From Promethearchaeum syntrophicum (GTDB taxonomy: Archaea > Asgardarchaeota > Lokiarchaeia > Sigyniarchaeales > Promethearchaeaceae): 32,000 nt of DNA. Of this stretch, positions 9,618 to 19,107 are shown in pieces. The notes below the pieces were generated by a model, which was not told the DNA's origin, searched no databases, and was given only the letters and a program-made list of their open reading frames with translations. A program made the position numbers and the translations under genes. The DNA is taken from NCBI RefSeq assembly GCF_008000775.2, contig NZ_CP042905.2, positions 3,750,001 through 3,782,000 of the forward strand. The letters are read 5' to 3'. Position 1 is the stretch's first letter, and each line of letters begins with the position of its first letter.

Positions 9618-10190
9618 ATGGTTTCACCAAAAAAAAAAAATAATTTGCCATATATTGAGGTTTCTGTCGTAAAAACTCAAGGAGATAAACTCAAAATATT
9701 ACAAATTTTAGAGAAGAAAGCCTATAGTTCTAAAACTGGTGAAGTGGTTTTAAAAAAAACCCCCGAAAATCCTATTCTCAGGATAGTTTATCCTTCTGAG
9801 GAAGTTTTACTTAATGTTTATAAACGAGATGAGTATGTATACGAGTCTGCAGTGAAATTGGCAAATATGGGAGTAATTACACCTTCCAAAATTAAAACAG
9901 CGTTAAAAAATGGAACAAATCATAATGACAATTTATATCTTATCTTAAAATATAAAACGAATTTTAAAGCCCCAATTCTAAGAAATTATAGTTTTACATA
10001 TAAACTGGCAGAAATGCTTGGATTATCCATGAGTTATGAAGAAGTGGATGATGGATTTTTATTATTTTATCAAACCCGAGAAGATTTTGAGGTAGGAAAA
10101 ATAGATTTAACTCAATTTAAAGAAGTGAAAAGGCAGCTCGAAGAACGAGATGCTTGGCAAGAAGATTATGAAAAACTTTGGGATCATTAA
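9618..10190 (+). CDS. Hypothetical protein (190 aa)
   Basis: Complete ORF in a coding-like context; no family motif recognised. A 12-A tract lies in codons 4-8. Confidence 0.6.
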   Translation: MVSPKKKNNLPYIEVSVVKTQGDKLKILQILEKKAYSSKTGEVVLKKTPENPILRIVYPSEEVLLNVYKRDEYVYESAVKLANMGVITPSKIKTALKNGTNHNDNLYLILKYKTNFKAPILRNYSFTYKLAEMLGLSMSYEEVDDGFLLFYQTREDFEVGKIDLTQFKEVKRQLEERDAWQEDYEKLWDH

Positions 10191-10235
10191 GCACATCATG
10201 TGATCTATAAATTAAATGAGATTCCAAACACTGTT

Positions 10236-11327
10236 CTAAATATTCCTAGACAGCAATCCAAATTCAAATTTCCTTATATGTTCTAAATTACTAAACAAAT
10301 ATTTTCTCGGTTCAGGACTTTTTCCAAGGATTTCGTGTGAATTGAGATATGAATATTTTTTTACTTTATCAAATTTATAGTCAGAATAATTTTTAAAAGC
10401 ACACAATATAACCGCTTCAAAATCATTATAAAAAAATAAGATTGTGGCTGTAGAATTCAAATTTTGAATTATTTCATTGGTTGGAGGTTTATCGGGTCGA
10501 AATCGAAAATGATAATAAACTAGTAGTTCAAAACCTATTAAATCCAAATTCGGAATAATAATTTTTCGCATTAAACCATTATTGAGAAATTTTTGCCTCA
10601 TTTTTGATAATGTATTCCGATTCAATGAAATATAATTTAATTCTGCAATTTCTTTGATTGATTTGTTTGGATAATCAATCAAAGCTATAAAAACATCTTT
10701 TTCTTTCTGAGAGAGAATGGTTAAATCTTGGTTTCCAAAGATAGAAGAAAATTTAACAGTTTTTTTGTCTTTTAGTAGATTTTCGTCACGGTCTTTATTA
10801 GTTAAATCAGTATTTTTTATTGAGAAAGCATGCCTCAATATTCCTGAATAATTAAAAAAATTATAAATAATAGAATAATTGATTGGAAATATGATGTTTT
10901 CAGGGTTTTTTGTAAGAATACCTAGATTACCCATTTTTTCAAGCCGAGCCAGAGTATTTTTATGAAATTCGCTGTAGTTCTTGTTAACACTGATCGAAAA
11001 TTCTTTTTCCGGATCACCTATCCTCAAAAAAATATCATCTGCTAGCTTAATATCTTTAGCCATCGAATTTTTACGCTTATTTATTGATATTTTTAGGTTG
11101 TATTCGGCAAAATTGATACACAATAACTCAAAACCTAATCGATTCAAAATTGGAAGATAAACAACTTGAAACAAATCTTGCTTCTCAAGTTGATTTCTGC
11201 AGTAATTAACTGTCGAATCTTTCATATGTAAATATGTTGCAAGGATTTTATCACTTGCGTTTGGGTATTTTACCATGCCAAATAATACTCTTTCCTCATT
11301 CTTAGTAAGACTTGAATCGTTTGACAT
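10236..11327 (-). CDS. Transcriptional regulator with two winged-helix (AsnC/MarR-like) modules; possible regulator of the hut locus
   Basis: Two internally similar modules: TKNEERVLFGMVKYPNASDKILATYLHMKDSTVNYCRNQLEKQ...NRLGFELL and SQKEKDVFIALIDYPNKSIKEIAELNYISLNRNTLSKMRQKFLNNGL...DLIGFELL. Immediately downstream of hutU on the same strand. Confidence 0.7.
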   Translation of the reverse strand: MSNDSSLTKNEERVLFGMVKYPNASDKILATYLHMKDSTVNYCRNQLEKQDLFQVVYLPILNRLGFELLCINFAEYNLKISINKRKNSMAKDIKLADDIFLRIGDPEKEFSISVNKNYSEFHKNTLARLEKMGNLGILTKNPENIIFPINYSIIYNFFNYSGILRHAFSIKNTDLTNKDRDENLLKDKKTVKFSSIFGNQDLTILSQKEKDVFIALIDYPNKSIKEIAELNYISLNRNTLSKMRQKFLNNGLMRKIIIPNLDLIGFELLVYYHFRFRPDKPPTNEIIQNLNSTATILFFYNDFEAVILCAFKNYSDYKFDKVKKYSYLNSHEILGKSPEPRKYLFSNLEHIRKFEFGLLSRNI

Positions 11328-11348
11328 GATAATTTTCCCTTTTGTTAT

Positions 11349-13379
11349 TTATTTTTTCAATGAATTTCTAACTAAATTCTCAACAAAGTCTTCATCGGGA
11401 ATTTCAGGAATAGTAATAAATCCATCTCCCTCTTTTTTCTTTATCCAAGTTTTGGCAGTTTCAATCGCATGGGGATTTCTCGCCCAAGCGCGCCTGGCAA
11501 TACCACAATAAACATCCCAGTCCAATGCAAGCTTTATAATATTATCAACTCGTTCACTACCATCTAAAACCAAACCAAATCCACCGTTGATGACTTTCCC
11601 CGTTCCAACGCCACCACCATTCTGGAGTACAACCATCGTCATTCCCCGAGCTGCATTACCTGCCCATGATTGATGAGCCATATCGGCCATAATATTACTA
11701 CCATCTTTGATATTACTAGTTTCACGGAAAGGACTATCGGTTCCTGAAACATCATGATGATCGCGACCTAACATAACAGGGCCAATCTCGTTATCACGAA
11801 CCATTTCATTGAATTTAAGGGCAATTTTTACCCTTCCCTCCCCATCAGCATATAGTATTCGCGCTTTGGTGCCCACAACCATTTTATTTTCCTTAGCATC
11901 TCTCATCCAAATATAATTATCACGATCTTGACCACGTTTTATTGGACGACTCTCCCAAATCTCTTTGATTATATCACGCGCAGCTATATCTGTTTTATCT
12001 AAATCTTCATCTTTTCTGCTTAAACATACCCATCTAAATGGTCCATAGCCATAATCAAAACAAATAGGTCCTACTAAATCTTCAACATAAGATGGAAAAA
12101 TAAATCCATTTTTTGGATCTTTTAAAATTGCGATATCTTGTGCTCCAGCATCATATACTGCTTTCAGGAAAGAATTACCATAATCCCAAAATTTAGTTCC
12201 CCGATTATGCATAATTTTAATCAGCTCAAATTGTCTACGCAGAGATTTATCGACCATTTTTTTAAACTCATGGAGATCATTCTTAAGCAACTCCCTACCA
12301 TCCTCATATGATAAACCTGCAGGAGTATAACCTCCTTCATATGCTGCATGACAGCTTGTTTGATCTGAAGCTAGTTCTACTTTAATATCATTATCCACTA
12401 CATATTGCCAGAGATCAACTACGTTCCCATTGTATCCAATTGAAACCGACTCTTTACGTTTACGATAATCTTCGACCCAACTAAAAATTTCTTCTAAATT
12501 ATCAGAATGTTTGCCAATCCAACCTTGATCAAACCTCGTTTTTAGTGCTGAAAAATTAACTTCTGCAATAATAGTAATTCCATTCGCAATTTCGACAGCT
12601 TTTCCTTGTGCTCCTGACATTCCACCTAATCCGGAAGTAATATATAAAACTCCTTTCAAATCCTCATCATCAGAATGGTTTAAATATTTTCGGCCTGCAT
12701 TCAATAGTGTTAAGTATGTCCCATGGACGATTCCTTGAGGTCCTATATACATCCAGCCTCCACATGTCATTTGTCCATAGTTACTCACTCCTAATACTTG
12801 AGCTCTCTGAAAATCTTCGGTGTTATCGAACATTCCAATCATGAGCCCATTTGTAAGTATAACTCGAGGGGCATTTCTGGAACTTGGAAACAGCCCGAGT
12901 GGATGCCCTGACATAACAACTAATGTCTGGTTATCTTTCATAATTTCGAGATATTTTTTGATGAGTTGGTATTGCATCCAATTTTGACAGACTTGCGCTG
13001 TGGAGCCGTATGTAACAAGTTCATATGGAAAAAGGGCGATTTCAAAATCAAGATTGTTGTCAATCATTACTTGAATAGCACGACTCTCTTCAATTCCTTT
13101 GTATTCTTCTTGAGGTTTACCGATTAAGGGTCCTTTTGGTCTATATCTATATCCATAAATTCTTCCACGTGTGATCAGTTCATTGAGAAATTCTGGAGCC
13201 AGTTTTTCGTGTAATTCTTTTGGGATATATCGTAGTGCGTTTTTCAATGCAAGAATGGTGTCATTTTCATTTAGATTAAAAGGTCTATTTGGCGCCCTTC
13301 GATATTGTGGGTCAAATTCCGGTTTTTCAGGCAGTTCATTGGGTAATTTAATAATAGTGATAGGGTTTGTTGTATTCAT
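11349..13379 (-). CDS. hutU: Urocanate hydratase (long form, 676 aa)
   Basis: MVMSGHPLGLFPSS, GQMTCGGWMYIGPQGIVHGTY, GLGGMSGAQGKA, TSCHAAYEGGY, HHDVSGTDSPFRETSNIKDGSNIMADMAHQSWAGNAARGMTMVVLQNGGGVGTGKVINGGFGLVLDGS. Confidence 0.97.
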   Translation of the reverse strand: MNTTNPITIIKLPNELPEKPEFDPQYRRAPNRPFNLNENDTILALKNALRYIPKELHEKLAPEFLNELITRGRIYGYRYRPKGPLIGKPQEEYKGIEESRAIQVMIDNNLDFEIALFPYELVTYGSTAQVCQNWMQYQLIKKYLEIMKDNQTLVVMSGHPLGLFPSSRNAPRVILTNGLMIGMFDNTEDFQRAQVLGVSNYGQMTCGGWMYIGPQGIVHGTYLTLLNAGRKYLNHSDDEDLKGVLYITSGLGGMSGAQGKAVEIANGITIIAEVNFSALKTRFDQGWIGKHSDNLEEIFSWVEDYRKRKESVSIGYNGNVVDLWQYVVDNDIKVELASDQTSCHAAYEGGYTPAGLSYEDGRELLKNDLHEFKKMVDKSLRRQFELIKIMHNRGTKFWDYGNSFLKAVYDAGAQDIAILKDPKNGFIFPSYVEDLVGPICFDYGYGPFRWVCLSRKDEDLDKTDIAARDIIKEIWESRPIKRGQDRDNYIWMRDAKENKMVVGTKARILYADGEGRVKIALKFNEMVRDNEIGPVMLGRDHHDVSGTDSPFRETSNIKDGSNIMADMAHQSWAGNAARGMTMVVLQNGGGVGTGKVINGGFGLVLDGSERVDNIIKLALDWDVYCGIARRAWARNPHAIETAKTWIKKKEGDGFITIPEIPDEDFVENLVRNSLKK

Positions 13380-13555
13380 AATTTTATTTTGTAATTGAAT
13401 AATAAAAATTTTTCTAAAGAATAATGCATTTCTCCAAAAAAAAGGATTTTACTTAAACTAATTTTAAGATTTCAGGGTATAAATTGATTATAATGATAAA
13501 AATTTGATATTAATTTCTAAAAAATGCAATCTTATTTATATAATAATAAATTTTT

Positions 13556-15091
13556 ATGGTTATGACTGAAATTTTTCGTTTGGGAATAGATCATTTAACA
13601 CCATTACTAGCCACTAAGATAGCTCGGGGAGAAATTAAAGGAGTATTGACAGAAGAATCAATAAAAAGAGTAAACGAATGCCATGCTACGGTTAATAAAA
13701 TTGCAAAAGGAATAGATCCTGTTTATGCAATTAACACTGGATTTGGTAGTCTCTGTACAACCAAGATATCTTATGAAGATGCAGGAAAATTACAAGAAAA
13801 CTTATTAAAATCACATAGCGTAGGTGTTGGTGATCCGATCGAAAATGAAATTGCCAAATTAATGCTGATTTTGAAGGTACATGCATTATGTCAAGGTTAT
13901 AGCGGCGCATCAATTGGATTAATAGAGCGAATTATATGGCATATCGACAATAATATTATCCCCAAAGTTCCAGAACAAGGATCCGTAGGAGCCTCGGGAG
14001 ATTTATGCCCGTTGGCTCATTTATTTTTACCTTTAATAGGATTAGGAGAACTATCAATTGATGGTGGAAGAACTTATACTACAACTGAAAAATTATTACA
14101 AGAAAAAAATATGGCAAAATTTTCACTAGGTGCTAAAGAAGGCCTTGCTCTTATAAATGGAACACAATTTATGGCCGCTCACGGTATTAAAATTGTAGAA
14201 CGTTTAAAAAATTGTCAAGATCATGCAGATATTATTGCTGCTATTAGTTTAGAAGGATTTTTAGGATCCAAAGCTCCTTTTGATAAACGTTTGCATGAAA
14301 TTCGCCCACATCCTGGAGCCCAAATCGTAGCTGAACGAATTAGAAAATTGTTAAACAAATCAGAATTGATTGAATCGCACAAAGATTGTAATCGAGTTCA
14401 AGATCCTTATAGTTTCAGGTGCATACCTCAAGTACATGGTGCAAGTCGTGACGCTTTAGTTCATTTAGAAGATATCCTAACAATAGAAATAAACTCCGTA
14501 ACTGATAACCCGAACATATTTATAACTGATGGAATTCCGGTAGCTATTTCAGGTGGCGGATTTCACGGGGAACCTATTGCATTACCATTGGATTACGCAG
14601 GTTTGGCAGCATCTGAACTAGGAAATATATCTGATAGGCGAATTTATCTGTTACTTGGAGAAAAAGGAGATTATGGACTACCCGATTATTTAATTGAAGA
14701 ATCTGGTTTAAATTCTGGATTCATGATTACTCAATACCTCACAGCCGCTTTGGTTAGTGAAAATAAATCCTTGTGTTTCCCAGCAAGCGCAGATAGCATT
14801 CCAACAAGCAATGGTGTGGAAGATATTGTTTCAATGGGATCTATTAGTGCTCGAAAAACTCTGAAAATAATCGATAATTTAGAAAAAATTTTAGGTGTGG
14901 AATTATTTTGTGCTTGTCAAGCAATTGATTTTCGACAACCGTTAAAATCTAGTCCTATCTTAGAAAAATGCCTTAAATATGTGAGAACTAAAATCCCACA
15001 TATAAAAAATGATGAAGTTTTATCAAAATACATAGAAACTGCAATTGAAATCGTACGCGGTCAACAATTGCTTATTTTTTTCAATGAATAA
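13556..15091 (+). CDS. hutH: Histidine ammonia-lyase
   Basis: GSVGASGDLCPLAHL (MIO-forming Ala-Ser-Gly), INTGFGSL, NSVTDNPNIF, GGGFHGEPIALPLDYA, SADSIPTSNGVEDIVSMG. Confidence 0.97.
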   Translation: MVMTEIFRLGIDHLTPLLATKIARGEIKGVLTEESIKRVNECHATVNKIAKGIDPVYAINTGFGSLCTTKISYEDAGKLQENLLKSHSVGVGDPIENEIAKLMLILKVHALCQGYSGASIGLIERIIWHIDNNIIPKVPEQGSVGASGDLCPLAHLFLPLIGLGELSIDGGRTYTTTEKLLQEKNMAKFSLGAKEGLALINGTQFMAAHGIKIVERLKNCQDHADIIAAISLEGFLGSKAPFDKRLHEIRPHPGAQIVAERIRKLLNKSELIESHKDCNRVQDPYSFRCIPQVHGASRDALVHLEDILTIEINSVTDNPNIFITDGIPVAISGGGFHGEPIALPLDYAGLAASELGNISDRRIYLLLGEKGDYGLPDYLIEESGLNSGFMITQYLTAALVSENKSLCFPASADSIPTSNGVEDIVSMGSISARKTLKIIDNLEKILGVELFCACQAIDFRQPLKSSPILEKCLKYVRTKIPHIKNDEVLSKYIETAIEIVRGQQLLIFFNE

Positions 15092-15151
15092 ATTTAAAAT
15101 TTAAAAGTTTAGTTAAGGATATTAATAGAGAATAAGTTTAAATAAAAATAG

Positions 15152-16420
15152 GTGGAAAATTTGGTTCAAAAAACGCTCGTAGGGCCTTTTAAGCAGATAT
15201 TAACTATGAATAACCTCCCCGATAAGGGTCCGATCAAGGATAATCAATTGGAAATAATTGAAGGTGGAGGTATATTAATTGAAGATGAGATAATTGCAGC
15301 GGTGTATGAAAAAAAGCAGTTTGATGAAGAACGGAAACATTATAAAAAGAAAAGTGGAGATAAAAGTTATTTTAAAGTAGAGAAAGATGCCGTTCTCGTT
15401 CCAGGATTTATAGATTCACACACTCACATGATATATGCAGGATCTAGAGCGAAAGATTACGCAAGAAGAAACGCTGGTGAAAGTTATTTAGATATTGCAA
15501 GAAAAGGAGGGGGAATTCTGAGTACGGTAAAAAAAACCCGCGAAGCTAGTTTTAAACAGTTAAAACAATTACTTTTTGAAAGAGGCTTAACCCATATTAA
15601 ATGCGGAATTACAACCACTGAGGTTAAAAGTGGATATGGGCTTGATCTGGAAAACGAATTAAAAACCCTAAGAGTAATAAAGAATTTAAAAGAATCAAGG
15701 TCTTTAATTCCTGAATTAATCCCAACTTGTTTATCAGCCCATGTAAAACCGGCAGAATTTGAAACCCATGAAGAATATTTAAATTATATTCTAAAAGAAA
15801 TTCTACCGATTATCAAAGAAGAAAAACTTAGTAACCGCGTTGATATTTTTATTGAAGAAGGCGCTTTTACTCCAGAAATCTCTTTGAAATTCTTAGAAAC
15901 GGCAAAAAAAATGGGTTTTAAAATAACTGTACATGCAGATCAATTTTCTACTGGAGGATCTGAAGTTGCCGCTAAAGTTGGAGCCATAAGTGCAGATCAT
16001 CTTGAGGCGAGTGGGGAAACTGAATTTTCACTGTTAAAACAAGGAAATGTTATTGCCACAGTACTTCCAGGAGCATCAATGGGATTAGGAATGCATTATG
16101 CCCCCGCCCGAAGAATGCTGGATGCTGGTTTATGTGTAGTAATTGCATCTGATTGGAATCCAGGGACTGCACCGATGGGAGATTTATTAATTCAAGCAGC
16201 GGTTTTGGGTGCAAATCAAAAACTTTCCATTGCTGAAACGCTGTCAGCCATTACAAATCGAGCAGCAATGGCTTTAGACTTAAATGACAGAGGCATTATC
16301 AAACCGGGATACTTAGCAGATTTCATTGCGTTTCCATGTTCGGATCATGAAGATATTTTTTATAATCAAGGAGTCCTAAGACCAAATCAAATCTGGAGGA
16401 AAGGAACCAGAATAATTTAG
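15152..16420 (+). CDS. hutI: Imidazolonepropionase
   Basis: PGFIDSHTHMIYAGSRAKDYARR, TTTEVKSGYGLD, FKITVHADQFS, ASDWNPGTAPMGDL. Confidence 0.95.
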   Translation: MENLVQKTLVGPFKQILTMNNLPDKGPIKDNQLEIIEGGGILIEDEIIAAVYEKKQFDEERKHYKKKSGDKSYFKVEKDAVLVPGFIDSHTHMIYAGSRAKDYARRNAGESYLDIARKGGGILSTVKKTREASFKQLKQLLFERGLTHIKCGITTTEVKSGYGLDLENELKTLRVIKNLKESRSLIPELIPTCLSAHVKPAEFETHEEYLNYILKEILPIIKEEKLSNRVDIFIEEGAFTPEISLKFLETAKKMGFKITVHADQFSTGGSEVAAKVGAISADHLEASGETEFSLLKQGNVIATVLPGASMGLGMHYAPARRMLDAGLCVVIASDWNPGTAPMGDLLIQAAVLGANQKLSIAETLSAITNRAAMALDLNDRGIIKPGYLADFIAFPCSDHEDIFYNQGVLRPNQIWRKGTRII

Positions 16421-16433
16421 AGATGATAAAAAT

Positions 16434-18104
16434 ATGAAACAAGATATAGAAATCGCAAGGGAAGCGGAACTTCGACCGATCTATGAAATTGCAGCAAAAA
16501 TGGGAATACCGGAAGAAGCATTAGAACCTTATGGTAAAAATAAAGCAAAAATTAGTCTTGATTTCTGTTTTAAATGTAAAAAACAGCTTAAACCAGGGAA
16601 ACTAATCTTGGTAACCGCTACCAGCCCTACCCCCGCAGGTGAAGGAAAAACTACTACTTCAATTGGTTTAACCGAAGCACTCAATCGATTAAATAAACAA
16701 GCAGCTGTGTGTATTAGAGAACCTTCATTAGGTCCTGTATTCGGAATAAAAGGAGGAGCAGCTGGAGGGGGATATTCTCAAGTTGTACCAATGGAAGATA
16801 TTAATTTGCATTTTACGGGAGATCTTCATGCTATTACCTCTGCTCATAATTCTTTAGCTGCTTTAATGAACAATGCAATTTATCGAAGAAAAATTGATTT
16901 AGATCCTAAACGTATTTTGTGGAATCGAGTAATGGATGTTAACGATCGTGCACTAAGAAATATAATAGTAGGTTTAGGTGGCCATACTGATGGAGTATCG
17001 CATCAAAGTAGCTTTGATATAACCGCTGCTAGCGAATTAATGGCAATTTTATGCCTTTCAAATAATATAGCTGAACTAAAGGAAAAAATTGGAAATATTC
17101 TTCTTGGTTTTAATTACGCTGGAGATCCAGTCTATTGTCGCGATTTAGGTGTAGAGGGTGCCATTACTGTTTTACTTAAAGATGCTATTAAACCCAATTT
17201 AGTACAGACCATGGAAAATAACCCGGCTTTTGTACATGGAGGTCCATTCGCGAATATCGCTCAAGGATACAATACAATAATTGCTGCCCAAATGGCCCTT
17301 CATACTAATGATATTGTTGTTACTGAAGCGGGATTTGGAAGTGATCTTGGAGCCGAGAAATTTTTCGATTTAGTTTGTCCATATGGAGGATTTACACCAA
17401 GTCTTACTGTAATGGTGACAACTATTCGCGCATTAAAAATGCATGGAGGTCAATTACTTGATAGAATTACTCTAAAAAATACCGAAACATTACACAAGGG
17501 TTTATCAAATTTAGGTCGCCATTTAGAAAATACTAAGAAGTTTGGTGTGGATTGCATTGTTGCACTAAATAAAATCATGTCGGATACAGATGAAGAAATC
17601 CAAATCGTTGTTGACTATTGTAAAGAACTTGGATTTGATATTGCAATCTCTGAAGTTTGGGAAAAAGGTGGAGAAGGTGGTGAAGAATTAGCAAAACTTG
17701 TGTTAAGACACCTTGATGAAGAGAAAACTGATTATCATCAGCTTTACGACTGGAATATGCCAGTAGAAGATAAAATTAGAATAATTGCTAAAGAAATTTA
17801 CCGAGCTGATGACATTGAATTATTGGATGAAGCAATAGATGATATCAAGTTTATTAACAAACTAAAATTGGATAATTTACCGATATGTATTGCAAAAACT
17901 CAAAAATCCTTCTCTGATGATCCTAAATTAATCGGAGCGCCTACTGGTTTTACTATGAAAGTAAGAAGAGTTATAATTGCTTCAGGAGCAGGATTTTTAA
18001 TCCCGATAACAGGAAAAATGTTACGAATGCCCGGATTACCTTTAATCCCAGCGGCAGAATCCATTGATATCGATTATGATGGTGATGTTGTTGGGCTTTT
18101 CTAA
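16434..18104 (+). CDS. fhs: Formate-tetrahydrofolate ligase
   Basis: TSPTPAGEGKTTTSIGL, EPSLGPVFGIKGGAAGGGYSQVVPMEDINLHFTGDLHAIT, ITGKMLRMPGLP. Confidence 0.97.
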   Translation: MKQDIEIAREAELRPIYEIAAKMGIPEEALEPYGKNKAKISLDFCFKCKKQLKPGKLILVTATSPTPAGEGKTTTSIGLTEALNRLNKQAAVCIREPSLGPVFGIKGGAAGGGYSQVVPMEDINLHFTGDLHAITSAHNSLAALMNNAIYRRKIDLDPKRILWNRVMDVNDRALRNIIVGLGGHTDGVSHQSSFDITAASELMAILCLSNNIAELKEKIGNILLGFNYAGDPVYCRDLGVEGAITVLLKDAIKPNLVQTMENNPAFVHGGPFANIAQGYNTIIAAQMALHTNDIVVTEAGFGSDLGAEKFFDLVCPYGGFTPSLTVMVTTIRALKMHGGQLLDRITLKNTETLHKGLSNLGRHLENTKKFGVDCIVALNKIMSDTDEEIQIVVDYCKELGFDIAISEVWEKGGEGGEELAKLVLRHLDEEKTDYHQLYDWNMPVEDKIRIIAKEIYRADDIELLDEAIDDIKFINKLKLDNLPICIAKTQKSFSDDPKLIGAPTGFTMKVRRVIIASGAGFLIPITGKMLRMPGLPLIPAAESIDIDYDGDVVGLF

Positions 18105-18256
18105 TCTTTTTTTGATAAATTTTGGATAAAAAAAAAGTCTTAATTAAATTAAATATAAAGGAATATTGATAGAATCTATTTAGAAAAACATGTATTGTTC
18201 AAAAATTATTCCTCAATCGTTTTAAACTATTTTTTGCTTCTTCATATTGAACTATA

Positions 18257-19075
18257 ATGTCAAAGAAAAAGGAAAGAATTTATTCTGAAATACCTTCGAA
18301 CATGAACAATCTTGGTATGGCAATGGAAAAACTTGCAATTATTCGATGGATAACTGTTCCATTTAATGCCATAATATCACTATTTTTAATTTTAATACAG
18401 ATTCCTAATATTATCGGAAGTTTTGACTATTTTGATATTTCTTTAATTTGGATTCCCATAGTATTCGGAATCTTGTATATTTTTGTAAGTTTCTCCACTC
18501 TTTTACGCTTCGTTCAATTTACATTGAATTTATGGAATTTAGGGAAAAACCAACAAAATGCTCTCATTAAAAGAGCCAGTATTTACCAACTGATTAGGAT
18601 TGGATTATTAGGATTTGTCATTGGACTTAGCATTTTTCTTGGAGCTATAGTTTTAATTCCGTTATATCAATATTTTTCCTACCGTCCAGTATATTTGTAT
18701 GAAATGAGTTATCGTGCTTATCCAGATTTCAATGTAATTGCTATAGCAATCCTATCTTTACTACTTTTGATTTTAATTGTAGTTATGAAAGTTTTTAACA
18801 TACTTTCAATAGTATCGATAGATAATTGGGCAGAAAGGCGAAAATTAGAATACATCTCGAATGAAAGTATTCATCAATTAAGATCAGGAACAAATCTGAT
18901 GAAAACTGCAGTATTTTTAGAACTCGTGAATATTCTTTTTGGATCAATTTTCTTTAATATTGGTCTTTTTAAAGCGGGTCAAGGATTCAAGAAATTTTCT
19001 TATCGATATCCTGTAGAACGTGATAAAAATGATATCCTATATTGCTCTAATTGCGGATTAGAATATAAAAGGTAA
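18257..19075 (+). CDS. Polytopic membrane protein with a short C-terminal Cys-x2-Cys motif, hypothetical
   Basis: At least four hydrophobic helices; ends in ILYCSNCGLEYKR. Confidence 0.65.
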   Translation: MSKKKERIYSEIPSNMNNLGMAMEKLAIIRWITVPFNAIISLFLILIQIPNIIGSFDYFDISLIWIPIVFGILYIFVSFSTLLRFVQFTLNLWNLGKNQQNALIKRASIYQLIRIGLLGFVIGLSIFLGAIVLIPLYQYFSYRPVYLYEMSYRAYPDFNVIAIAILSLLLLILIVVMKVFNILSIVSIDNWAERRKLEYISNESIHQLRSGTNLMKTAVFLELVNILFGSIFFNIGLFKAGQGFKKFSYRYPVERDKNDILYCSNCGLEYKR

Positions 19076-19107
19076 TTAAATAAAAAAAAAGACAAAATAA
19101 TTAATTT

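Noticed and set aside
11275-13398. Plus ORFs at 11275-11511 and 13171-13398
   Set aside because: Antisense to or overlapping strongly supported hutU.
13731-13913. Minus ORF within hutH
   Set aside because: Shadow of hutH.
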